A stretch of DNA of 64,000 nucleotides, taken from NCBI GenBank assembly GCA_041687695.1, contig JAWLBL010000030.1:32001-96000 (forward strand), written 5' to 3'. The notes under the pieces are model-generated. The model made no database searches and was not told where the DNA came from. It saw only the letters and a program-made list of their open reading frames with translations. The translations under genes were made by a program, and so were the position numbers. This DNA is from Myxococcota bacterium (GTDB lineage: Bacteria > Myxococcota_A > UBA9042 > PHBI01 > JAWLBL01). Within the stretch, counting starts at the first letter, position 1. Each line of letters begins with the position of its first letter. Below, piece by piece: positions 1 to 8,629 of the stretch.

Positions 1-479
1 TCGCCGAGGACCGCCCCCTGACCCTCGGCTCGGTGACCGTGCAGCCGCTCTTCACGCCCGGCCACACCGACACCCACCACGCCTACCTCGTCGACCGCGG
101 CGCCACCCCGCGCGTCTTCACGGGCGACGCCCTGCTCATCGACGGCTGCGGCCGCACCGACTTTCAGAACGGCGACGCCGAAGCCCTGTACCGCTCGGTG
201 CGCGACACGCTCTTCTCGCTGCCGGGCGACACGCTGGTCTACCCGGCCCACGACTACCAGCACCGCCACGTCTCGACCATCGCCCAGGAGCGCGAGCGCA
301 ACCCCCGCCTCGGCGGCGACACCTCCTTCGAGACCTTCGCCGACATCATGGCCAACCTGAACCTGCCGTTCCCCAAGAAGATCGACGTCGCCGTCCCGGC
401 CAACCGCAAGTGCGGCGACTGCGTCGAGGATCTCGTCGAGGAGCTGCACCGCATCGGCGGCAAGACGCCTCAGGGCTGA
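1..479 (+). CDS. MBL-fold metallo-hydrolase, persulfide dioxygenase (ETHE1-like); 5'-partial
   Basis: Motifs [21 protein letters not shown] and VYPAHDY are typical of ETHE1/SDO. The frame is open back to the window edge. Confidence 0.85.
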   Translation, partial: AEDRPLTLGSVTVQPLFTPGHTDTHHAYLVDRGATPRVFTGDALLIDGCGRTDFQNGDAEALYRSVRDTLFSLPGDTLVYPAHDYQHRHVSTIAQERERNPRLGGDTSFETFADIMANLNLPFPKKIDVAVPANRKCGDCVEDLVEELHRIGGKTPQG

Positions 480-539
480 GCGGACCAGAGGCGGGTCCGG
501 CCCCCGGGCCGCGGTCACCTCACGCTGGCCGCGGCCCGG

Positions 540-1439
540 TCACGCCTCGTCGCGGACCACGTCCTCGCGCTCGAGCACGAGCAGCACGTTGCCCCGCCCG
601 TCGTGGCTCACCAGATCCGTGCGCACCCGCGCCTCGGCCAGCTTGCGCCGCAGCCGCCCCAGGTTGACGTCCCACCGGGCCCGCAGCTGCGCCGGCTCCA
701 CCTCGTGCGGCCACAGCTCGCGCGCCAGCGTCTCCCAGGTCACCGGCGCGCCGAAGGCCACCAGCTCGCTCAGGATGCGCGCCGACACCCCCGTCACCGT
801 CAGCGCCGGCTCGTCCGGCCGGTACAGGGTCGCGCTCTCGTAGCGCGTCACCAGCTCCAGCGGCGCCCCCACCGCCCCCTTGGCGGTCGTCACCTGCGCG
901 CCGTGCGCCTCCAGCGCCAGCCACACCACCTCCAGCGCGACCCCAGCGACCTCCTCGCGCTCGCCCGGCACGAGCGTCCGGTCGGCCCCGCCCCGCCGCC
1001 GCAACCGAACGCTGCCATCACCCGACCACACGTAGGCGATGGCCGCCTCGTGAAACCCGGTCCGCAGCTCGCACGGCGCCGGCCCGAACAGCGACGCCAC
1101 CCCCGCCAGGACCCGCCCCTCGACGCCCCCCCACCGCACCGCGACCAGGCGCTCGGGCAGGCACACCTCGACCACCTCGAGCACCAGATCCTGCGCCAGC
1201 TGCACCACCAGCCCCGGCTCCAGCACGACCTCGGCGACCCGCCGTCCCTCGACGCCGAGCCGCCCCCGCAGCGCCAGCAGCTTCAGGGTCGCGCCGCGCA
1301 GGCTGACCATCGCGTGCGCCTCGGACACCCGCGGGTCGGACAGGTGCAGGGCCGCCGCGTCGAGCCGCCCGACGAGGTCCCCGTGTCCCAGCGCGACGGT
1401 CCGGCCGTCGGGCGTGCGGATGCGCGCGTGAGGATGCAT
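540..1439 (-). CDS. FHA-domain / OmpR-type winged-helix transcriptional regulator
   Basis: N-terminal FHA signature VGR...[10 protein letters not shown]-terminal [19 protein letters not shown]...[11 protein letters not shown] resembles the Trans_reg_C winged helix. Confidence 0.7.
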   Translation of the reverse strand: MHPHARIRTPDGRTVALGHGDLVGRLDAAALHLSDPRVSEAHAMVSLRGATLKLLALRGRLGVEGRRVAEVVLEPGLVVQLAQDLVLEVVEVCLPERLVAVRWGGVEGRVLAGVASLFGPAPCELRTGFHEAAIAYVWSGDGSVRLRRRGGADRTLVPGEREEVAGVALEVVWLALEAHGAQVTTAKGAVGAPLELVTRYESATLYRPDEPALTVTGVSARILSELVAFGAPVTWETLARELWPHEVEPAQLRARWDVNLGRLRRKLAEARVRTDLVSHDGRGNVLLVLEREDVVRDEA

Positions 1440-1476
1440 GCCGGCACCGTACCACCGGCGCCCTCCGCGCGCACCG

Positions 1477-4400
1477 TCACCACAGATCGGCCCGCGTCGC
1501 GTGCTCCAGCCCGACGCCCCAGGTCGCCTCCAGCCGGCGCACCCACTCGGCCGCCGGCCGCTCGAGGCCCCGCAGGTCCCAGCGCAGCGCCACGCCGTCC
1601 CAGCCCGCGCTCACCAGCCCCTCGCCGCCGAGGAACGCAAGCCCCGACACGCGCTCGAGGTGCCCCGCGCCGACCATCTCCGGCGCGGCTCCCGCGCCCC
1701 ACACCCACACCTGCCCGTCCACGGTCCCGACCGCCACCCGCGCGCCCCCCGCCGCCACCGCGACCTCGCGCAGCCGCTCCCCCGGCACGGTCACCGCCCT
1801 CCGCACCCGCCCGCTCGCCACCTCTAACACCCGCACCTCGCCCTGCCGCGCGACCGCCACCACCTCGCCCGCCTCGTCCAGGGCCACCCGGACCGCCCCG
1901 GGCGCATCGGCCACGGCTCGCGCCGCTCCGAGCGCCTCGCCCACCCGCGCGACCTCGACCCGCCCGCGCGACGACAGCCAGGCCACCACCCGCCCGTCGG
2001 CGGACGCGACCGCGTCGATGGGCGAGCCGCCGTCCCCCACCGGGATGGCCCGCCCGGGGCCCTGTCGCGGCTCGAGCCACAGCGCCACGCCATACCCGGC
2101 CAGCAACAGGTCCCCGTTGGCGGCCGCCACCACGCGCCGGTAGTTCGTCGCGGGCCCCATCGTCCGCGCGTCCGCCTCCCCGAGGCGCCATCGCGCGACT
2201 CGGAACCGCCCAGGCCAGATCACGGCCAGCTCGTCCGGCGCGTCGTGCAGGAAGGCCGCGTCCTTGGCGACCGCCCGCAGGGGATCGGGCGGCAGCTCGC
2301 CCAGCGGTTCGCCCGTGCCGACCGCGACCACCTGGACCGCCCCCGACCCCGCGACCGTCACCAACGCGCGGCCGTCGGGGCTCGTCGCCAGCGTCGCCAG
2401 CCCCGCTCCGCCCCCATGGGCGCGGGCCTCGGCCGCTTCGGGCGGCCGCACCACGCGCAGCTCGTCCCCCAGCAGCACCAGCTCCAGAGCCCCCTCGTGG
2501 CGGCGCCACGCGAAGTCGCGGGCGCGCAGCCGCGGCAAGGCCAGCCAGGCCCGCCCGCGCGCCTCGTGCAGCGAGACCCAGCCCCGCTCGTCGCGCACGG
2601 CCAGCCAGGCGTCGTCGGGCGACCAGCGCAGGTCCGTCAGCGCACGGTCGGTCACCGCTCGCAGCCACGTCGTCTCACCGCTCGCCATGTCGACCACGCG
2701 CAGCTCGCCCCGCGTCCCGCCGAAGGCCGCCCGCGCCCCTACGTGGTCCAGCGCCGCGCTGATCGGGCCCTGCGCGGAGCCGGGCAGGGCCGGCATGGGG
2801 TGGTGGTCGCCCGTGGTCAGGTCGACCCGCAGCGGCCGATGGGTGTCCTCGCCGAAGGTCAGCGCGACCTGGCCGTCGCCGCTGACGGCCCGCGGCTGGC
2901 GGGCCTGAACGAGCAGCGGCGCGACCTCGTGCGTGGCCTCGCGCCACAGGACGAGGCGCTCGTCGAGGTCGCCGAGCGCCACGCCGGCGCCCGTGACCAC
3001 GCGCTCGATGACGACCGGGAACCCCGACGGCAGGACCGCGCCCACCTCGAGGTCCAGCGGGTGGGCCTGGTGCTGCTCGTCGCTGACCAGGGCGAGGGCC
3101 TCCGAGGCGAAGGCGACGGCCTCGGGGCGAGCGTCGATGCGCCACAACAGCCGCGTCGGCGCCACCGACCACAGCGAGGTCGCGTCGCCCTCGCGGCACA
3201 GCAGGCGGGTGCCCGCGGGAGACAGGCGGGCGGTCAGGCAGACCGGGGCGGGCTCGACGTGCACCAGATCCACCCGCGGCGCGTCGCCGTGGCGGGCCAG
3301 CACGCCGCGCGCCTCGGCGGACGCACCTCGCAGCAGCGCGTGGGCGGCCAGCAGCTCGGCCTCGGCCTGGGCCCCGTGGCGCTGGGCGAGCTGGGCCTGC
3401 TGCACCAGCAGGGCGGCGAAGCTGTGGTCGGCCTGCGTCAGCGCCGCGGCGGCCCGATCGCTCGCCGAGACGGCCTGGTCGCGCGCCGCCGTCGCCTGCG
3501 CCTCGGCGTCCCGGGCGCGGTCGCGCTCGGCCAGGGTCTGGGCGAAGGACGCGGCGAAGACCAGCGCGGTGACGAGCAGCCCCGCGGCCGCCACCAGCAG
3601 CGGGACCCGGAAGGCCCGGCCGAAGCGGCGCGCGTGGTCCCAGGGCGAGTAGCGGTAGGCCGCGACCGGGCGGCCGTCCAGCCAGGCGGCCAGGTCGTCG
3701 GCGAGCTGCTTGGCGTCGGCGTAGCGCTCGGCCGGGTCGCGCTTCAGGGCCCGGATCAGGATGGCGGCCAGCTCCGGCGGGGCGAAGGGCGCTGCGTCGG
3801 CCGGGTCGAACGCGGGGCCGTGCTCGAGCCGGGCGAAGGCCTCGTCGGCGGTGCGCGCGGCGATGAGCGGGCGGCGGGTCAGGATCTCGAACAGGATGGC
3901 GCCCAGGCTCCAGACGTCGGCGGCGCGGCTGGGTGCCTCGGCGCGGGCCTGCTCGGGGCTCATGTAGGCGGGCGTGCCGACCCGGACGCCGAAGGTGGTC
4001 CGCGCGGCCAGGTCGCCCGGGGGGGCCGGGACCCTGGCGCCCCCGTCGCCCGGGCCGTCGTCCAGCACCCGCGCGACGCCCCAGTCGACCACCAGGCTCT
4101 CGCCGAAGGCGCCCAGCATCAGGTTCGCGGGCTTCAGATCGCGGTGCACGACCCCGCGCGCGTGGGCGTAGGCCACGGTCTGGCAGACGCCCAGGAAGTG
4201 GCGCAGCAGCGTCGGCAGGTCCAGGTCGCCGTCGGCGAGGGCCGTCCGCAGCGACCGGCCCCGCACCAGGCGCATCGTGAAGAACAGGCGCCCGCGCGCG
4301 CCCCGTCCGGCGTCGTAGACCGGGACGACCCCCGGGTGCTCGAGCCGGGCCGTGATCCACGCCTCCTGCGCCAGGCGCTGCTCGAGCCCCGCCGCGCCCG

Positions 4401-4668
4401 GTTCGCCCGGCAGCACCTCCTTCAGCGCGACCTCGCGACGCAGCCGCACGTCGGTCGCCACCGACACCTGCCCCATCCCGCCGCGGGCCATCGGTTGCGC
4501 GTCGCGGTAGCGCGCCCCCTCGGCGGTCGCGAACGGATGGATCGCCCCTTCGGGCCCCTCGCCCCAGCAGGCGGCCGAGCTCGCCGGCCGCTCCGTCAGC
4601 GCCAGCGCCGAGTCCATCCACCAGGACGAGACGTCCTCAGCCCCCTCCGCGTCGTCGTCCCCCGTCAT
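1477..4668 (-). CDS. Membrane Ser/Thr protein kinase with C-terminal WD40/beta-propeller region
   Basis: Hanks motifs RGGMGQV, VALK, HRDLKPAN, DWG, GTPAYMSPEQ and DVWSLG. A TM segment (VPLLVAAAGLLVTALVFAA) is followed by WD-like repeats (GHLERVSGLAF...SAGWDG...WD). Confidence 0.9.
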   Translation of the reverse strand: MTGDDDAEGAEDVSSWWMDSALALTERPASSAACWGEGPEGAIHPFATAEGARYRDAQPMARGGMGQVSVATDVRLRREVALKEVLPGEPGAAGLEQRLAQEAWITARLEHPGVVPVYDAGRGARGRLFFTMRLVRGRSLRTALADGDLDLPTLLRHFLGVCQTVAYAHARGVVHRDLKPANLMLGAFGESLVVDWGVARVLDDGPGDGGARVPAPPGDLAARTTFGVRVGTPAYMSPEQARAEAPSRAADVWSLGAILFEILTRRPLIAARTADEAFARLEHGPAFDPADAAPFAPPELAAILIRALKRDPAERYADAKQLADDLAAWLDGRPVAAYRYSPWDHARRFGRAFRVPLLVAAAGLLVTALVFAASFAQTLAERDRARDAEAQATAARDQAVSASDRAAAALTQADHSFAALLVQQAQLAQRHGAQAEAELLAAHALLRGASAEARGVLARHGDAPRVDLVHVEPAPVCLTARLSPAGTRLLCREGDATSLWSVAPTRLLWRIDARPEAVAFASEALALVSDEQHQAHPLDLEVGAVLPSGFPVVIERVVTGAGVALGDLDERLVLWREATHEVAPLLVQARQPRAVSGDGQVALTFGEDTHRPLRVDLTTGDHHPMPALPGSAQGPISAALDHVGARAAFGGTRGELRVVDMASGETTWLRAVTDRALTDLRWSPDDAWLAVRDERGWVSLHEARGRAWLALPRLRARDFAWRRHEGALELVLLGDELRVVRPPEAAEARAHGGGAGLATLATSPDGRALVTVAGSGAVQVVAVGTGEPLGELPPDPLRAVAKDAAFLHDAPDELAVIWPGRFRVARWRLGEADARTMGPATNYRRVVAAANGDLLLAGYGVALWLEPRQGPGRAIPVGDGGSPIDAVASADGRVVAWLSSRGRVEVARVGEALGAARAVADAPGAVRVALDEAGEVVAVARQGEVRVLEVASGRVRRAVTVPGERLREVAVAAGGARVAVGTVDGQVWVWGAGAAPEMVGAGHLERVSGLAFLGGEGLVSAGWDGVALRWDLRGLERPAAEWVRRLEATWGVGLEHATRADLW

Positions 4669-4737
4669 GACGGCACTCTAGGGCGCTTTCCCGTGGGCTG
4701 TCGATTGGTTCGCCAGCGCGCGCGTTGTTGCGTCGCA

Positions 4738-4770
4738 GCAACACCGGCCTAACACGGTTCTGACATCGTC
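4738..4770. promoter_or_regulatory. Three tandem 11-bp-period direct repeats, putative OmpR/PhoB-family binding site
   Basis: gCAACAccggc / cTAACAcggtt / cTGACAtcgtc; the minus strand reads TGTCAG-N5-TGTTAG-N5-TGTTGC. Lies in the divergent intergenic region. Confidence 0.55.
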
Positions 4771-4861
4771 ACGCCGCCCATGGCGTGCGACGCCATCTCG
4801 CGCGTAGGCTGCGCTCGGCGGCCCGGCCGCCCCACGCGCACCGCCCACCCCAGGACCACCC

Positions 4862-7800
4862 GTGACCACTCGATCTCTTCGCGCCGCGATGCGGCTGACC
4901 CTGTGCCTCGCCCTGGTCGCCTGCGGCGACGCGGGAGACGGCGCCCCGACCGGGCCCGTCGGCTCCATGGCCGCTCGAGGCGGCGAGCTCGCCGACCCGG
5001 CCACCTTCACCGTGTCCAGCGCCACCCTCGACGCCGACGGCTGGGTCGCCGTCTGGCACGAGCTCGGCAGCACCCACGAGCTCGCCGGCGCCGTCTTCAT
5101 CGCCCGCGGCGCCCACCAGGACATCGTGGTCCCGCTCGACCCGCCGGTCGGCACGCTCGCCAGCCTGAGCGGCCTGAAGCTGCGCGTCTCGCTGCACGTC
5201 GACGACCCGGCCGACGGCAAGTTCACCGCGAAGGACACCCGCCTCGACGGCGACGACCCCGTCGTGAAGAACGCGGACGGCGTTCCGGTCCTGGGCGTGC
5301 TCGAGGTGTCGCTGCCTCCCGAGGAGCCGAACACCCTGGTCATCGCCGACCAGACCATCACCCAGGACCCGCCCAAGGTGACCGTCGCCGCCTCGCTCGA
5401 CGAAGCGCCTGCCCAGCTCGTCATCACCGACGCCGCCGGGGCGGTCGTCGGGACCGAGCGCATCTGGGACAAGCACCCGCGCAACTATCCAGTCTCGGTC
5501 ACCCTGACCCGCTCGTGGACCCCGGCGGTGCTGACCGGCGCCCTGTACGCCGACGCCGGCGGTGTGGCCGACCTCGACGCGCCCGTCCTGAACCTGGCGG
5601 GCCAGCCCGTCAAGGCCACCTTCGAGGCCACCTACCCGCCCGACAACGGCCTGCAGGTCGCCGACCAGACGCTGAAGAGCTGGGGCTACAAGATCAAGGT
5701 GGCCAACGTCGCCGTCGACGAGCTGCCTGCGTGGGTCGCCGTGTACGAGGACGACGACGGCGCGCCCGGGGCGCTGCTGGGCGCGGTCGCCGTGACCACC
5801 AGCCCGAAGGTCGGCCTCGACGTCGACCTCGACCGCTTCGTGGCGGGCGTCGAGACCCTCTGGGTCGCCGTGCACGCCGACGCGCCCGCCGACGGCGTGC
5901 TCACCGCCGCCGACCCCTACCTGCTGGGCGCCGACGCGCAGCCGCTGCTCGTGGCCATCGTCGTGACCAACCAGGCCTGCGGCGGCGGCAAGACCAAGCG
6001 CTGCGATCCGGCCAAGCCCAACGCCATCAGCTGGCTCGACCACTGCGGCGAGCCGCTCGCGACGACCACGCCCTGCCCGGGCGGCGGCACCTGCGACGAC
6101 AGCGGCCCCTACGTGACCTGCACGACGCCGGTCGACCCGTGCGCGGGCGTCGGCCAGACGGTCTGCCTCGCCGAGGACCCGACCGCCACCTACTTCACCG
6201 ACAAGTGCGGCGTCCCGACCAAGGTCGCGACCAAGTGCGGCGCCACCTCGGAGTGCGTCGACTCGGGCACCTTCGCCACCTGCAAGCTCGCCCCGAGCTG
6301 CGCCGGCAACACCACGACCTTCTGCGATCCGAGCGACCTGACCAAGGTCTTCTGGCTCGACAGCTGCGGTGAGCCCAACGGCAACTCCTGGCCCTGCGGG
6401 GCTACCTCCGTGTGCGACGACAGCTCCGGTAGCCCGGCCTGCGTCGCCGCCGACTCCTGCGCGGGCAACTCGGTCCTGACCTGCAACCCCGACGACCCCG
6501 GCAACCTGTACTGGCTCGACAAGTGCGGCGAGCTGAGCGGCGCGACGCTGCCTTGCGGCGCCGGCCTGGTCTGCGACGAGAGCGCGGGCGAGGCGGTCTG
6601 CGTCGACCCGAACCCTTGCACCGGCACGGCGCAGAAGTTCTGCGACCCGGCCGACCCGTCGAAGGTCAAGTGGCTCGACGCCTGCGGCGAGGTGATGGCC
6701 AGCGCCTACCCGTGCGGCGCCGGGTACGCCTGCAGCGAGGCGTCGGGCGAGGCGACCTGCGTCTCGACCGATCTGTGCGGCGGCAACACGGCCACCGTGT
6801 GCGTCGACGAGGACCCGGGCAACGTCTACTGGGTGGACGGCTGCGGCGAGCTGACCGGCAGCACCTACCCGTGCGGGGTGGGCACCTGCGACGACGGCGG
6901 CGGCGCGGCCAAGTGCACCTTCGTCGGCTCGTGCGAGGACGACAAGCGGCGCGTGTGCGACCCCGGCGACCCGACGCGGGTCCTGCTGACCAACGCCTGC
7001 GGCGACGACCTGGGCGTCTTCTCGACCTGCGCCAACGGCAAGCGGTGCAGCGAGGCGACCCCGGGCGAGGCGACCTGCGCCTGCGTGCCGACCGACGACG
7101 TGGTCTGCTTCGGCAAGCACTTCCTGTATGAGCCCAGCGGCGTCCGCAAGGTCGACTCCTGCGGCTACCCGAGCGGACCGGTCGTCACCGAGTGTGACAA
7201 CGGCGAGATCTGCTTCGAGGGCCCGAGCGGGCCGGAGTGCACGACCTCGCTGAGCGACGAGACCTCGCCGATGGTCCACCGCGGCTGCAGCTTCATCGAC
7301 CACGTCACCTACAAGACGGCGCTCGAGGTCGACTGCCGCTGCCGTCGCCACGCGGCGACCAAGGACGACATCGACCACTACGACATGGGCGGCAACCAGG
7401 CCTGCCAGCCGCAGGCCAGCTCGTGGGACGACGGCTGGACCATGGGCGAGGGGCCGCACTTCCGCCACATGGTCCACAGCTTCAACGGCGGCGGCGTCTA
7501 CTCGCCGGCCCACGGCGAGCTGTTCGCGACCAAGCACTTCACCGACCCCAGCTACGAGGGGGCGGGGATGGTCGTCGCCTACGACATCCAGAGCGGCGCG
7601 CGGCGCATCGTCAGCGGGCGCTTCCCAGAGCCCGACGGCGGCTACACGATGCACGGCAGCGGCTACGAGTCGCAGCGGTCGGTGGGGACGCAGCTGTTCG
7701 AGGCGACCACGCTCCCCGGCGCCTGGGACCTCGAGCTGGGCGCGGACGGGATGCTGTACGTCTGGGGCAGCCGCGCCGGAAACAAGGAGATCACGCGCGT

Positions 7801-8569
7801 CCACCCCGACACCGGCGCCCGCACACTGGTGTGGAAGCAGGCGCTCGAGGGCGACGCCGCCGCGCCGGCCTTCGGGCAGTGCTACTCGACCCGGGCCAAG
7901 GCCACCTGGCACGGCGGCTTCGCCCCGGTGCAGCTCGAGCACCACGCCTTCGCCATGGGCCCCGACGGCAGCTTCTACCTGGGCTTCCGCAACGACGCCT
8001 CCGAGGGCAACGGCGTCGTCCGCATCGCGCCCGACGGGGCGACCTGCACGGTCGTGTCGCGCTGGAACGGGACGATGGGCGAGGTCGGCGGCGGCGCCTC
8101 GCCCCAGTACAGCAACCTCGAGGGCTTCCTGGTCCGGGACGGCAAGCTGTACGCGACGCTGCAGATCGGCAAGGTGCTGCTGTCCATCGACGTCGCCACG
8201 GGCCAGCGGACGGTCATCGCCAACCCGCCCGGGTCGGTCGCCTCGACCCCCGGCCAGAGCACGATGTTCTGGGACACGACGCGCGATCTCCTCATCACGG
8301 CGGGCGGCGTGCAGGCCTACCTGGCGGTCGCCGTCGACGTCGACTCGGGCGAGCGGCAGGCCCTCTTCCTGACCAGCCCGGACGCGATGATCAAGAGCGC
8401 CCCGCCCTGGGAGACCGGCGCCCACGGCGCCATCGACAACGGCAACTACATGGGCTACGGCGCGCTCGCCATGGACCCGGTCAACCCCGACCACCTCTAC
8501 CTGGTCATCAAGTACGGCCTGCTCAAGTACGAGATGTCGACCGGCAACAGCTACGTCATGTCGCAGTGA
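4862..8569 (+). CDS. Large Cys-rich repeat lipoprotein (three Ig-like repeats, eight Cys repeats, C-terminal beta-propeller-like domain)
   Basis: Lipobox LALVA-C (start could be ATG 4889). Eight ~53-aa repeats with a (D/N)xCG core. Codon usage is strongly coding-like. Confidence 0.8.
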   Translation: MTTRSLRAAMRLTLCLALVACGDAGDGAPTGPVGSMAARGGELADPATFTVSSATLDADGWVAVWHELGSTHELAGAVFIARGAHQDIVVPLDPPVGTLASLSGLKLRVSLHVDDPADGKFTAKDTRLDGDDPVVKNADGVPVLGVLEVSLPPEEPNTLVIADQTITQDPPKVTVAASLDEAPAQLVITDAAGAVVGTERIWDKHPRNYPVSVTLTRSWTPAVLTGALYADAGGVADLDAPVLNLAGQPVKATFEATYPPDNGLQVADQTLKSWGYKIKVANVAVDELPAWVAVYEDDDGAPGALLGAVAVTTSPKVGLDVDLDRFVAGVETLWVAVHADAPADGVLTAADPYLLGADAQPLLVAIVVTNQACGGGKTKRCDPAKPNAISWLDHCGEPLATTTPCPGGGTCDDSGPYVTCTTPVDPCAGVGQTVCLAEDPTATYFTDKCGVPTKVATKCGATSECVDSGTFATCKLAPSCAGNTTTFCDPSDLTKVFWLDSCGEPNGNSWPCGATSVCDDSSGSPACVAADSCAGNSVLTCNPDDPGNLYWLDKCGELSGATLPCGAGLVCDESAGEAVCVDPNPCTGTAQKFCDPADPSKVKWLDACGEVMASAYPCGAGYACSEASGEATCVSTDLCGGNTATVCVDEDPGNVYWVDGCGELTGSTYPCGVGTCDDGGGAAKCTFVGSCEDDKRRVCDPGDPTRVLLTNACGDDLGVFSTCANGKRCSEATPGEATCACVPTDDVVCFGKHFLYEPSGVRKVDSCGYPSGPVVTECDNGEICFEGPSGPECTTSLSDETSPMVHRGCSFIDHVTYKTALEVDCRCRRHAATKDDIDHYDMGGNQACQPQASSWDDGWTMGEGPHFRHMVHSFNGGGVYSPAHGELFATKHFTDPSYEGAGMVVAYDIQSGARRIVSGRFPEPDGGYTMHGSGYESQRSVGTQLFEATTLPGAWDLELGADGMLYVWGSRAGNKEITRVHPDTGARTLVWKQALEGDAAAPAFGQCYSTRAKATWHGGFAPVQLEHHAFAMGPDGSFYLGFRNDASEGNGVVRIAPDGATCTVVSRWNGTMGEVGGGASPQYSNLEGFLVRDGKLYATLQIGKVLLSIDVATGQRTVIANPPGSVASTPGQSTMFWDTTRDLLITAGGVQAYLAVAVDVDSGERQALFLTSPDAMIKSAPPWETGAHGAIDNGNYMGYGALAMDPVNPDHLYLVIKYGLLKYEMSTGNSYVMSQ
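5978..7240 (+). repeat. Eight ~53-aa six-cysteine protein repeats
   Basis: Cores DHCG, DKCG, DSCG, DKCG, DACG, DGCG, NACG and DSCG recur with conserved Cys spacing. Confidence 0.85.
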
Positions 8570-8579
8570 CAGCGGGCGA

Positions 8580-8624
8580 GCGCGCCGGCGCCTCCCAGGC
8601 GACGACCTGGGGGCGCCGACGCGC
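8580..8624. terminator. GC-rich stem-loop between convergent genes
   Basis: Imperfect inverted repeat gcgcgccggcgcctcccagg ... cctgggggcgccgacgcgc. No U-tract. Confidence 0.5.
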
Positions 8625-8629
8625 GGTGC

